This document shows positions 36,480-48,440 of a stretch of DNA of 64,000 bases, in pieces. The notes beneath the pieces are model-generated. The model did not search any database. It had not been told where the DNA came from and saw only the letters and a list, made by a program, of their open reading frames with translations. The DNA comes from Chiloscyllium plagiosum. Taxonomy: Eukaryota. Where the stretch lies: assembly GCF_004010195.1 (NCBI RefSeq), contig NC_057718.1:68310401-68374400 (forward strand). Direction: 5' to 3'. Both the position numbers and the translations under genes were made by a program. Position 1 is the stretch's first letter; each line of letters opens with the position of its first letter.

Positions 36480-37400
36480 GTAATTTCCGCCACCTCCAAA
36501 CAGACCCCACCACCAAGGATCTATTTCCCTCCCCCTCCCCTATCAGCGTTCTGGAAAGACCACTCCCTCCGCGACTCCCTAGTCAGGTCCACGCCGCCCC
36601 ACCAACCCAACCTCCACTCCCGGCACCTTCCCCTGCAACCGCAAGAAATGCAAAATTTGCGCCCACACCTCCCCCCTCACTTCCCTCCAAGGCCCCAAGG
36701 GATCCTTCCCTATCCCTCACTAATTCACCTGCACTTCCACACACATTTACTGCATCCGCTGCACCCGATGTGGCCTCCTATACATTGGGGAGACAGGCCA
36801 CCTACTTGCGAAATGTTTCAGAGAACACCTCTGGGACACCCACACCAACCAACTCAACCGCCCCGTGGCTGAACATGGTGCCCCGGGGCGGCACGGTGGC
36901 ACAGTGGTTAGCACTGCTACCTCACAGCGCCAGAGACCCGGGTTCAATTCCCGACTCAGGCGACTGACTGTGTGGAGTTTGCACGTTCTCCCCGTGTCTG
37001 CGTGGGTTTCCTCCGGGTGCTCCGGTTTCCTCCCACAGTCCAAAAATGTGTGGGTCAGGTGAATTGGCCATGCTAAATTGCCTGTAGTGTTAGGTTAAAG
37101 GGGTAAATGTAGGGGTATAGGTGGGTTGCGCTTCGGCGGGTCGGTGTGGACTTGTTGGGCCGAAGGGCCTGTTTCCACACTAAGTAATCTAAAAAAAAAA
37201 ATTTAACTCCCCCTCCCACTCCGCCAAGGACATGCATGTCCTTGGCCTCCTTCATCGCCAGACTATGGCAACACAATGCCTGGAGGAAGAGCACCTCATC
37301 TTCCGCCTAGGAACCCTCCAACCACAAAGGATGAATGCAGATTTCCTCCTTTGATGCTGCCTGACCTGCTGCGCTTTTCCAGCAACACATTTCAGCTCTG
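36480..37400 (+). mobile_element. Penelope GIY-YIG endonuclease fragment, interrupted by a SINE
   Basis: GTFPCNRKKCKIC..IYCIRCTRCGLLYIGETGHLLAKCFREHL..PVAEH, resuming FNSPSHSAKDMHVLGLLH after the SINE. Confidence 0.9.
36886..37200 (+). mobile_element. HE1-type SINE, full-length, young
   Basis: gggcggcacggtggcacagtggttagc...cccgggttcaattccc (A/B boxes), CpG-rich, A tail. Confidence 0.92.
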
Positions 37401-39370
37401 AATGGATCAAGTGTCAGTAGGGGAACATTTCGACGATTTTGATCATTTATTAAGGTTTAGGTTGGCATTGAGAATGAAAAAAAGTCAAGAGAAAAAATAA
37501 TTAACTCTGGGAAAGCCAACTTCAATGGATAAGAATTGGGCTGGGTCAGACTAAACTGCAATCAAAGGTTGGCAGGCAAAACAGTAACTGAACAATCGGC
37601 TGCATTTAAAGTACAATGCAGATAGTTTGAGCACAGTCAAGGTTCATTCGTTACAAAGAGAAAGTGTAGGGTAAACACATCAAAATAAATATAAAAGGTT
37701 CGGAGGAAGTGAAAAAGCAAATAAGAGGAGCAAAGAAAAAGAATGAAAGAAATAGCATAAAGGGAATCCAAACATCTTCAGAGACATACAAATTACAAAG
37801 AATGGTTAAAGGAAAATTGTGGCTGACTGGGGTCTAAAAAGACTTACCCACAAAGGGAAGAGGTATATTTTTTTAATCAGCCAATTCAGGGATATTACAA
37901 CACATCTCTGGAGCAGGAGAGATTTGGATAGTATAGGTATTAAATGAATATTTTGCACCTGCCTTTACCAAGCAAGCTTGTGTTAGTCCTGGTGAAAGAG
38001 ATAATGCAAAATGTTTAAAAGGCTTAAAATTGAGGAGGAAGAGGTATTGGATTGAATGTGCATAATCAATGTTGATAAGGCAGTAAGACCAAATCAGATG
38101 TATCAAAATGATATTGAGGGAAGTGAGTAGAAATCAGAGGCATTGACCAAACCTTTCCAGTCTTCTTTAGACTCAGGATGTGCCAGAAGGCTGCAGAATT
38201 GCAAACATTACATTTTGTTTAGAAAGGGTGTAAAGATAAGCTTAACATTTACAGGCTCATTAATTTAAAGGTGATAAGAAATTCTAGAAACAAATTTTAT
38301 TCAAATTAATAATCATTCAGGTAAATACAGTTTAGCTCAGGAAAGCAAACACAGGCTCTTAAGGACAATTTGTGTTTGACTAAAATGCTTTTTTTGGGGA
38401 TGAGGTAACAGTGAGGGTTGATGAAAACAATGCTGTTGATGTGGTGTATACAGACTTCTTGAAGGCATTTGATAAATGCACAACAGACTTGAGTAAAGTT
38501 AAAGTCCAAAAACAAAAATGGACAGTGGCAATACAGATACAAAACATTGAGCAATAGAAAGGAGAGGCTAATGATTAATTGATGTTTTTCAGATTGTAAG
38601 ATGATTTGTAGTGTAGTTCCACAGGTGTCTGCTTAGGACCTTTACTCTTCCTGATATATTAATAATCTACATTTTTATACAGGACACAACTTCAAATTCT
38701 GAAGATTAAAACAAACTTTGAACCAAGAGGAGAAAAATGTAGAACATCAAAAGGTTGACAGAATTAGCAGACACAGTACAGATGAAATTTAAGGCAGAGA
38801 AGCATGAAGTGATTCTTTTTGGTAGGAAGAGGAGATAATATTAAATAAAGGGTATAATTCTAAAATGGGTGCAGGAATAAAGGGACTTCACTGTATATAT
38901 GCATAAATCTTTGCAGTTGTAAGGAAAGTTTGACTGATTAATAATAATAATAATAAATATAATACTCAGCAATCCATGCTTTATTAATAGGGGAATTGAA
39001 CACAAAAGCAAGGAAGCAATAATACAGTTAAATAGAAGTGGCTTGGCTTCAACTACCAGTTCCAAATTTTGGGAAAGATGTGAAAACATTACAGAGTCCA
39101 GAAATGATTCAGAAAATAGTTCCATGGATGAAAAACTTCCATTATAAGAGGCAGATTAGAAAAGTTGGGAAAACTTGGAAAAAGGTCGAGAGGAAATTTG
39201 TTAAGGAAAGAAACTATTCCCTCAGAGGAAGAATGAAAAAAACCCAGGGGCGCAGTTTAGGATTGAGAAACCTTTTAATGGATTATTAAATCTGATTATT
39301 ATCGGAAAGGAAAAAAAGTGGGAGTTGACAGCCACGGTTGACTGAATGGCTTTCTTGCTATGCTGAGAGC
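37400..39370 (+). mobile_element. Old degenerate CR1 ORF2
   Basis: Traces of VLNEYFAPAFT, VDVVYTDFLKAFDK and INRGIEHKSKE. Confidence 0.7.
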
Positions 39371-40228
39371 CCTAGTACATGTCGGGAAAGGACAGTGTGT
39401 GGGGCATCTTTCGTATCCTACTACGCAATCGTCCCATAAACACACCGGTCATAACTTTTGAATGTTGCTGACCATTTTTAAAAGTCACCATTATCCAACA
39501 ACAATGACAGAGCAGAGGGAATCGCAAAGTGACAAGATAAAGCAAACGTCTACTCCGATAAGTGAGCATATGCAAAAAAAAACACAACTTGGTTTGAGAC
39601 GGTGTTTACTCAAACAGCCAAAACTAAGCCGTAAGCTTGCGAGATCTCTAGAAGGTATAAGGCCCAAAGCAGTTCGTGCGACTGCTAAGGATGATCACTT
39701 GTCTGTTGGACACACGGTCTGTTGTACTTACTTCGCAATCAAATAGGATACTTCGAAGACAGGGATTTTTGATTCATTTTATTTTACTGTGACTGATAGT
39801 GCTGATCATCTAGTTTCACCCACAACCACAAGATCAGCGACCTTTATATTTCACATGATTGTGACAATGCTTTCCAAAATGTCTGCGACCTCATACTGAC
39901 GGTGCGTTTCAGTTTCTGTAGCCGCGCACACAACCGAACAGTGAAAGGGAAACGGTTAGTACAGGAATACCGGTGGAGAACAGATCTTAATCAGACCTGG
40001 GTGGAGATCGAAAAAATAAAACTATAATTGGAAATGCAAGTCCTGGTTCAACAAAAGCTGACTATTCCCGCACTACACTTGTTCAAGGGAAGGGAGATTG
40101 AAGAATTTTATTTGCTACTCTGATATTTAGCTTTTTAAGAAGTTGATAACACGTTACAACATAGCATTAAAACGATAGACAACATCTTTAAAAAAGCTTA
40201 GTATACTGGAAGAACTTAGTAGAGATAC

Positions 40229-40352
40229 CTTTAATCATCTGCACTTTGCTTTCACCAGTAGATTCGCGTACGTGGGCCTTTGGAAACGGCTCCCTCATAA
40301 CACTAACACATTTCGTCTCTTTCAGACTGACTGTACTTTTATCAGTTGCCAT
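40229..40352 (-). CDS. TMEM242: TMEM242 coding exon 1 (124 bp)
   Basis: Minus strand ATG at 40352 reads MATDKSTVSLKETKCVSVMREPFPKAHVRESTGESKVQMIK-G, then AAAG|gtatct donor (phase 1), matching the phase-1 acceptor of exon 2. Lies in the CpG-rich region. The N-terminus is divergent, so this exon is assigned by phase, position and the terminal K-G. Confidence 0.8.
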
Positions 40353-41840
40353 CTCGATTGCCGAAAACCAGAATAAATTACTTGCCCGTTCTCTTTAATA
40401 TAAAAACCTCGAATGCAATCTCACATTTCTAATTTACATTCGTTAACAATAACAGGTCACCACCTCATTTCTTGTAGTTGTTATACATTTATTATTAAAA
40501 TTCTTCAGTTTGCAATTCTATCGACAGCGATTCGTTGGTGATTAACAAGTGCACAGACCGAACAAACTATCGTTAACGACGCCATCAACGTCCTTTAAGT
40601 GAGCCCACATCGAGGCACTGAGGTTAAAAACACAGGAGACTCATCACCAGCCCAATGATTCATGGCAATAGTAGTCTTTCTGCTCAAATGCGATTCATGA
40701 CTCCTGGTAAACGCCATCATATATGGACTACAATTCCCAGAAAACACCGGCGCGGTGTACAGTGGGTATGTGACTGTTTTGCTGGGCCGAGTTGTCAGGG
40801 CCCGGTTTTTCTCTGCTCGCCTGGCGATTGAAAGTCAGGTGGAGGCAGTGATTGTCTGTTTTCTTGTTTTCTTCCCCCCCCCCTTCCTCTATGCGAGTAT
40901 CAATAGTGTTTTCCATCCAGTATACTTCGAATAAATCATAGTGAAGGCTCTTGCTGGAGAGATTTTTTCGTTTGTGTCAAGTTAAAACAGAATACTGTCC
41001 TCGGGGCAGGCTCTCTAGTGAAGAGGAAGGAGTTCATACTGTGTGTGTCTGTCCAGGATGCGATTGTGATCCACCCCACTCCCGTCTCTCGCTCTCCAGG
41101 AGCCATTTTTGTGCTGAAAATCTACTCTGGGGCTGCAGTAACTAACTGGACGCCAACGCTGTCTGAGGGTCATCTTTTTTTTACATCAGTTAGCGTCCTA
41201 ATTGCGGGCACATTTAAGTTTCAAGGCGGCAACAACGCCGATGGGTGAGCAGAACTGTGAAGCAAATCTTCACTTAGCACGTACATGGACACTGGATTGT
41301 GAGACGTCTGTGCTAAAGCAACCCAAGTATTTATAAACATCTCTGAAAGTGGTTCAATCCCTAGGGACTCCGATTTATGAAGGCTTCCTCGATCTTCGTT
41401 TAAATTTTAAAAAAATGTCAGGAGTGAACCCGAATATGTAGAAACCGCATATTGGTAAATAATCGATTTCATGTGGGACTTCATAATATTTCGTTACAGA
41501 GCAGTGATTAAGAAAATTAGACCGATTTTTAGTGGGACCTACATCTAGTGCGTCAGATATTGGCAGGCTATTCAATTCTGTTTTCTGTCATTTGGAAATT
41601 TTAGAGGGAAAAAAAGCAAGGCTGTTTTTATTTGTTTTAATTAATCCTTTGAAGAGTCGAAATGTAATTGGAATAACAAGAAAATAAATACAAACATGTA
41701 ATATTGCTGTACATTAAGAATATGCGAGTCGACGCCGAAGGCGAGGGAATCCACGGATGGGATATCATCGTGTTCCTAAGGTCCACTGATTTTAAATAGT
41801 TGTCTGTCTTTTGGGTCTGAGATATACAATTCAAGCATTG

Positions 41841-42067
41841 ATGCCGCCCCCAATGAAACAGTGTGAATACAGTCAGATTACGACGCAGAGCTCGTCTCCC
41901 ATGGAGTCCCCCAAAAAGAAGAAAATTCCGCGGAAGAAATGGGAAGTTTTCCCAGGAAGAAATAAATTTCATTGCGATGGCAGGATCATGATGGCCAGGC
42001 AAACTGGGGTCTTCTATTTGACACTTGTCTTAATTGTGGTCACCAGTGGACTTTTCTTTGTATTCGA
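41841..42067 (+). CDS. ZDHHC14: ZDHHC14 palmitoyltransferase, coding exon 1 (227 bp; later exons not found in window)
   Basis: ATG 41841: [75 protein letters not shown] + GA|gtaagt (phase 2). Matches the ZDHHC14 N-terminus; TMEM242 neighbour agrees with known vertebrate synteny. Confidence 0.96.
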
Positions 42068-43699
42068 GTAAGTAATATTGATTCATAACCAGTTTATTTA
42101 TTTTTAAAATGTTTGAAATTCAAGTTTCCCAGACGTAGTACATATTTCTGATTTACTTTAATATATTTTCAATACAATAAAATGGTATAGGCAGGCTGTG
42201 AAATATATTTGTTGTAATTACACACTGTATTCTATACAGTGACAAGTGTAAATTGTGTTCCAGTCTGCTCATGAACGAACGATCCCAATCCAGTTCGATT
42301 TACTAATGGCAGAAAGTTTGTTTTTAAAAAGGGTTTCCTGTCAACTCTGTGATGGGATCAAAAAAAGTGTAGTTTCCCAAGGATTTTTCTTAATTTGGAT
42401 CAAAAGATGGTGAGGATATGTTACTGTTCTTAATGCAGCTAGTATTGTTACTTCAGGCAAGGGGGCAGAAAGTTTTTAAAGGTGTAAAATACAAAATGTG
42501 CAGTTCTTGTTGTGTTGCTCTGCTGTTAGCTTAACATGTGAATATAAACAAAACAATATGACTGTATTGAACGGTGTAAAGTTGCTCTATTTGCATAATA
42601 GATGCTGGCCACATTAAGGGTTTTTTTGTGTATGTTCCCATCTAAGTACCCTTTTAATGGTTCTGAATTAATTAGTACAAAGCAACCTCTCTGGCTCAGT
42701 AAATTAGTTACTATAGGTCTGGACACTCGATCCTTCTTGACTCTTTAGTTGTTGGAAATTCAAAAATTGTCAAATTTCAAATTAAAGGTTGCACTTTTTG
42801 GGAATTTCTTTCTATAACTAATTTGACATTGAGTTTTACCATTTTCTTTCTTAGTTCTTCCATCTTTAATTTCATAATCCTTGAATCTAATTAGTTGAAG
42901 ACATGCTCTGTTGCTTGTTTTGTTCAGTCAGGCCCAGATTGCATTTGTGCTGTTTCCAGTTTATGGTTTCAGTAATTTGTGATGCAAAAAACATACAAGG
43001 GGGGAAAAATGTGTTGGAACTTCGCAGGTGTCAGAGTCGATTTAAGTCTTCACTCAAGTTTTGAAATGATTTAAAGCAGATGAGCTGGAGATAATTATAT
43101 TTATTTTAGTATATGTAGTGTCTGAGCAGTAGTATCAAAACTTCTGTGTAGAAAAGTGATTTCCACATGATTTGCCTCCACTGCAGGTGCCATTTGTGTT
43201 AGAGTAAATATAAATATAAGAACATGTCATATCTGCTTACAGGATTTTTTTCTATACTTTTGCTCCATAGCATCATCTGTGGAAACTGAATCTGACGTAT
43301 CAATATAATATGATTTGAGCTGCCGAATTGCAAGAGATGTCAGGTGTCGAGCTTTCAGACCAAGTTAATGTAGTATGATTTCAGTTTTTGTTTTGTTTTC
43401 TGATCCTTACCAATATGTTGATATTTGGATGATCATTTCAGGTCAAAGCAGAAAACAGTGGTGGCTTGGGACCCTGCAGTCTTGTTTAGGATTCAAGGCA
43501 CAATCACTTCTTCTGCTGCCTCGATTTTTCAGAATGTTCTAAAGTAAAGTCGCACTCTAGGTTAGTGTGCTAAAGCAAAGCGCATTGGATTGGGAGTAAT
43601 AAATATTTTTTAATCAACCTGTTTAGAGATGTTATTACAAACTTCTGGGGCAGATAGCACTTGAACTCTAGCCTTGCTGTCCAGAGTAGGTGCACTATC

Positions 43700-46600
43700 A
43701 CTATGCCACAAAAGAGTGTGGGTATTCTAATGGCATGGATTGATTGAGAGTTGGTTAGAAGCCAGGAAACACAGTAAGAATAAATTAGTCCTCTTCAAAT
43801 TTGAAGTGGGATGCCACTAGGATCAGTGTTTGACTCCTATATATTGATTATATATAGGATATCCTATATATTCATTATATATAGGATATCAACAATTTGG
43901 ATGAGTGATTCAAGTATAATATTTCCAAGTTTGTTGATGAAGTGTAACTAGGTGGATTTGTGAATGATGGGGAAGATTTGGAGACTACAATGATTTTAGG
44001 CAATGAATGGGCAGCTGGATGACATTTAGCAATATAATGCTGATAAATGTGAAGTCATTCACCTTGGTTGGAAAAGATAGGATGGCAATTTTTAAATGGT
44101 GAATTGAGAAGTATTGATGTACAAAGAAACCTGGGTGTCTTGGTACCATGGTTACTGAAGCAGTTAACAAGGAAAATGGTGTGTGACCTACAGTGAGGAA
44201 GGATATTAACTCCAGTAATGTAGAATCTGTATGGGTAGAGCTTAGAAACACAAAGGGCAGAAAATGATGATAGGGTTGTATCTGCCCCCCAAACTATAGT
44301 ATTGTTGGGAAGGCTTTAAACAGTAAATTAGAGACACAAGTAAGAAAGATACAGCTTAATTACAGGTATCTTTTGATTTTGCATGTAGACAGGGCAGGTC
44401 AAATAGTAACAATATTATGGAGGAGGAATTCTGGAGTGTACAATTCTGGATTAGTACATTGAGGAACCACCTGGAGGATAGGCCATATTCAACTGGATAT
44501 TGCACATTAGCTGTGCAAGGCCCCTTGAGGAAGAGTGACCATAATGTGATGGATTTCTTCATTAAGATGGAGAGTGACATAATTGATTGAGACATAGGAT
44601 TGGGATAAGATTAGAGTAGTGCTAGCAAAGCACAGCAGGTCAGGCAGCATTTGAGGAGCAGGAAAATTGACGTTTTGTCCAGAAGCGTCGATTTTCCTGC
44701 TCCTCAGATGCTGCCTGACCTGCTGTGCTTTTGCAGCACTACTTTAATCTTGACTCTAATCTCCAGCATCTGCAGTACCCACTTTCGCCTATAGGATTGG
44801 GATAGTATACTGATATTGATAGGGAACTGGCTTGCAGATAAACAACAAAGAGTGGGAATAAATTAGTCACTGAGTAGCAGCCAATGACCAATGGGATACC
44901 ATTGGGATCAATTCTTGGATCTAGCTATTCTTAACAGATTTTGAGGGAATGAAATGTAATATCTCCTATTTTGCATAGAGACAAAGCTGAGTGAGGGGGT
45001 GAGTTGTGAAGAAGATGCTGAGATGCTTCAGTGTGATTTTAGGCAGGTTGAGTAAGTGGGCAAATGCATGACATATGAAGTGTCATGTGGATAAATGTGC
45101 AGCCCTCCGCGTTGGTTGGCAAGAACAGGAACGTAGAACAATACAGGACAGTTCAGGCTCTTTGGCCCACGATGTTGTGTCGGCCTTTTGTTCTACTCTA
45201 AGGTCAGACTAACCTACATATCCTTCATTGTACTAACTTCCATGTACCTATCCATGACTTGTTTAAATGCCTGTAATGCATCTGACTGTACTACCACTGT
45301 TGGCAGTGCATTCTACACCTGCACCACTCTCAAGGCAGATTATAATAATGTCACTACATTCGGAAATTGGGAGGTACAATGAGACCTGGATGTCCTTGTA
45401 CACCAGTTGCTGAAAGTAAGCATGCAGGTGTACCAAGAGGACTTGAGTGTAAGAGCAGGGGCGTCTTGCTGCAATTGTATAGTGCCTTGATGAGACCACA
45501 CTTGGAATATTATTTCTGTCTCTTTATCTAAGGAAGGATCTTAAATAAGAGCCTCTGGTATTAGGGGCAAGGTACTGGCATGGATGGAAGATTAGCTGAC
45601 TGACAGAAGGCAGACAGTGGAGATAAAGGGGACATTTTTAGGAAGGCAGCTGGTGACTGCCACAGAGATCAATGTTGAGACCACCATTGCTTAGACATTA
45701 ATGATTTGGACGAAGGGACTGAGGATAGTGTTGCTGAGTTTGCAGGTGAGACAAAGGTAGGTGGGTGAACTGGTAGTTGTGAGGAGACTGCAGAAGTAAC
45801 TTGGGCAGGAGAGTGGGTGATGGAATACCGTGTGGGAAAGTGTGAAGTTATGCACTCTATTAGGAACAATAGAGGTGTACACTCTTTTCTAAATGAGGAA
45901 AGACTTTGAAAATCTGAAGCACAAAGGGACTTGAGAGTCTTAGCTTAGGATTCTCTTAACATTAACATGCAGGTTCACTTGGCATTTAGGAATGTGAATG
46001 TAAAGTTTGCATTCATTTCAAGAGGGCTGGAATACTAGTGCAAGGATGTGCTGCTGAGGCTGTATAAGGCACTGGTCAGATAGTATTTGGATCTCTCAAT
46101 ACTGAGTCCTGGATAGAGTAGAAATAGAGAGATACTTGCACTTATGAGAAACTAGAACCTGGGGACATAGCCTCAGAATGAAGGGACAATCCTTTGGAAC
46201 TGTGGCGAGGAGGAATTTCTTAAGCCAGAGGGCAGTGAATCTGTATAATGCTGTGTTGGCCAAGTCGTTGAATGTATTTAAGACAGGCTCTTGATTTACT
46301 AAGGGAATCCAAGGTTAAGGGAGGAGAATGGGTTTGAGAAACATTTCAGCTATGATCAATTGTTGGAACAGTCTCATTGGGTCAAGTGGCTTAATTCTGC
46401 TCCTGTATCCTATGGTCTGTGGTCTTGAGTTGGTAAAAAGTTGACAAATACAGCATAATGTGGGAAATGTGAAGCTGTTCATTTTGAAAAGGAGAGCAAA
46501 AGAATGGTATGTAAGTGGAGAGAAAAACTGCAGAAAGCTGCAACACAAAAGGTCTTTGGAATACTTGTACATGAAGGACAGAAAACAAGCACATGGTACA

Positions 46601-46700
46601 GCAGGTAATGAGAAAAGCTAATGGGATGTTGGCCCTTATGTCAAGGGGGTTGCTGTATAAGAATAGGGAAGTCTTACTACAAAGAGCTGAATTACAGAGA
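43700..46700 (+). mobile_element. Cluster of CR1 RT/EN fragments in ZDHHC14 intron 1
   Basis: Repeated FADDTK-like, KCEV.H and GIEYKS..LLQLY-like segments. Confidence 0.75.
44608..44790. mobile_element. Palindromic Penelope-derived insertion
   Basis: Inverted arms spanning ~44607-44751; 14-bp TSD ataggattgggata (44594-44607, 44791-44804). Confidence 0.8.
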
Positions 46701-46938
46701 TGAGGTGAGAGTGACAGCCCTCGACATCTGGCCTGCATTGAACAGTGTGGCCTCAAGGAGCAAAATTGCAATCATTGGGTATCAGCGAGCAAACTGTCCA
46801 GTTGTTGGAGTCATACCTGACATATAGGAAGATGATTTTGGCTATTGCAGGTCAGTTATTTCGGCTCCAGGGCACTTCTGCAGGAGTTCCTTTAGGGTAG
46901 TGTTCTCAGCCCAACTATCTTCAGCTGCTTAATCAATG

Positions 46939-47469
46939 TATTGTTGTCCCGTTTCCATTTCCCTATCCCCGCATCAGTCGAAACAAAACACTCAGACACA
47001 GACACAGTATGCTTTACCTCTTTCATCTTTATTCCGGGCCCTGCAGGGAGAGAGAACGATCGCCCATGTGCACAGAGACATGAGTTCTCGGTCTTCTCTG
47101 GAACAGCAATTTCTTAAGGAATTATATAGTCATTTACAGGGAGGAGCATCCAGATAAGGCAACATACATATTGATTGGGTGACCATTACAATCGGTAAGT
47201 GTCAATAGTAAAGATTAAGCCATCTGCTGTTACACAATGAATAACTGGCTTCGCATAATGAAAGCTTTTCATCTTGTAAACTGACTTTACATACTGAATG
47301 GCTCAACATAATGTTTTTTCACCTTGTTACCCATTACCCTTGCCTCCAGCACCTCATCATTTACTGCAAGTTCTTATCTGATCTGAATCATACTTAGATG
47401 AACCTTTTGTTTCACAAAACTAAAAACGTAACTCTTTCCCTACCTGCTCATACCTTATGCACTTTCTCA
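46939..47469 (-). mobile_element. Solo LTR (531 bp)
   Basis: 4-bp TSD aatg (46935-46938, 47470-47473) splits a LINE RT sequence (atcaatg|accttcc). Minus strand reads TGAGAAAG...CAACAATA with CCAAT, TATATAA and AATAAA in U3-R order. Confidence 0.75.
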
Positions 47470-47494
47470 AATGACCTTCCTTCATCATAAAATC

Positions 47495-48440
47495 AGAAGT
47501 ACGAAGGCATGGGTTTGAATGATTTAGCGGTTTGGATCCGAAATTGGCCAGTTGAAAGAAGACAGAGGGTGGTGGTTGATGGAAAATATTCATCCTGGAG
47601 TTCAGTTACTAGTTGGGTATTACAAGGATCTGTTTTGGGTCCACTGTTGTTTGTCATTTATATAGATAATCTGGATGAGGGTTTAGAAGGATGGGTTAGT
47701 AAATTTGTGGATGACAGTAAGGTTGCTGGATAGTGATGAAGGATGTTGTAGGTTACAGAGAGACACAGATAAGCTGCAGAACTGGGCTGAGTAGTGGCAA
47801 ATGGAGTTTAATGCAGAAAAGTGTGAGGTGATTCACTTTGGAAAGAGTAACCGTATTAAAGAGTACTGGGCTAATGATAAGATTCTTGATTTGGTGATGC
47901 CGGTGTTGGACTGGGGTGTACAAAGTTAAAAATCTCACAACACCAGGTTATAGTCCAACAGGTTTAATTGGAAGCGCACTAGCTTTCAGAGCGGCGCTCC
48001 TTCATCAGGTGATAATGGAGGGCTCAATCCTAACACAGAATTTATAGCAAAAATTTACAGTGTGATGTAACTGAAATTGTACATTGAAAAATTGATTTGT
48101 GTGTGTGGTTACATGAACCCAAGTTAAGATTCTTGCTAGTGTAGATGAGCAGAGAGATCTGTGTCCATCTACATAAATTCTTGAAAGTTCCCACCCAGGT
48201 TGAAAGGGTCGTTAAGAAGGCATACGATGTGTTAGCTTTTATTGGTAGAGGGATTGAGTTTCAGAACCATGAGATCATGCTGCAGCTGTACAACACTGTT
48301 GAGGCAGTTCAAAGAAGGTTCACTAAGATGATCTGAGGTCGAGGGATTTTCTTTTGAGCAAAGGCTTAACAGATTGTGACTCTATTTACTGGAGTTTAGA
48401 AGAATGAGAGAGAATCTCATTGAAAATTATAGGAGTTTTA
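47495..48440 (+). mobile_element. CR1 RT fragment
   Basis: ORF 47509-47733 [34 protein letters not shown]. Confidence 0.88.
47889..48124 (-). mobile_element. Penelope-derived terminal fragment with hammerhead motif
   Basis: 11-bp TSD taagattcttg (47878-47888, 48125-48135); minus strand CTGATGA-A-GGAGC-GCC-GCTCT-GAAA-GCTA. Confidence 0.75.

Larger units (their letters stand above)
39330..42070. promoter_or_regulatory. CpG-retaining region / putative bidirectional promoter of TMEM242 and ZDHHC14
   Basis: Visibly higher CpG density than the CpG-depleted flanks, no recognisable transposon, and it spans both divergent first exons. Confidence 0.75.

Noticed and set aside
36458..36967. 169-aa proline-rich ORF as a host gene
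   Set aside because: It is an alternative frame of the Penelope GIY-YIG fragment running into a SINE.
41811..42071. ORF-track start (41811) and stop (42071) for ZDHHC14
   Set aside because: 41811 is a non-ATG codon; homology begins at ATG 41841, and the TAA lies inside the gtaagt donor.
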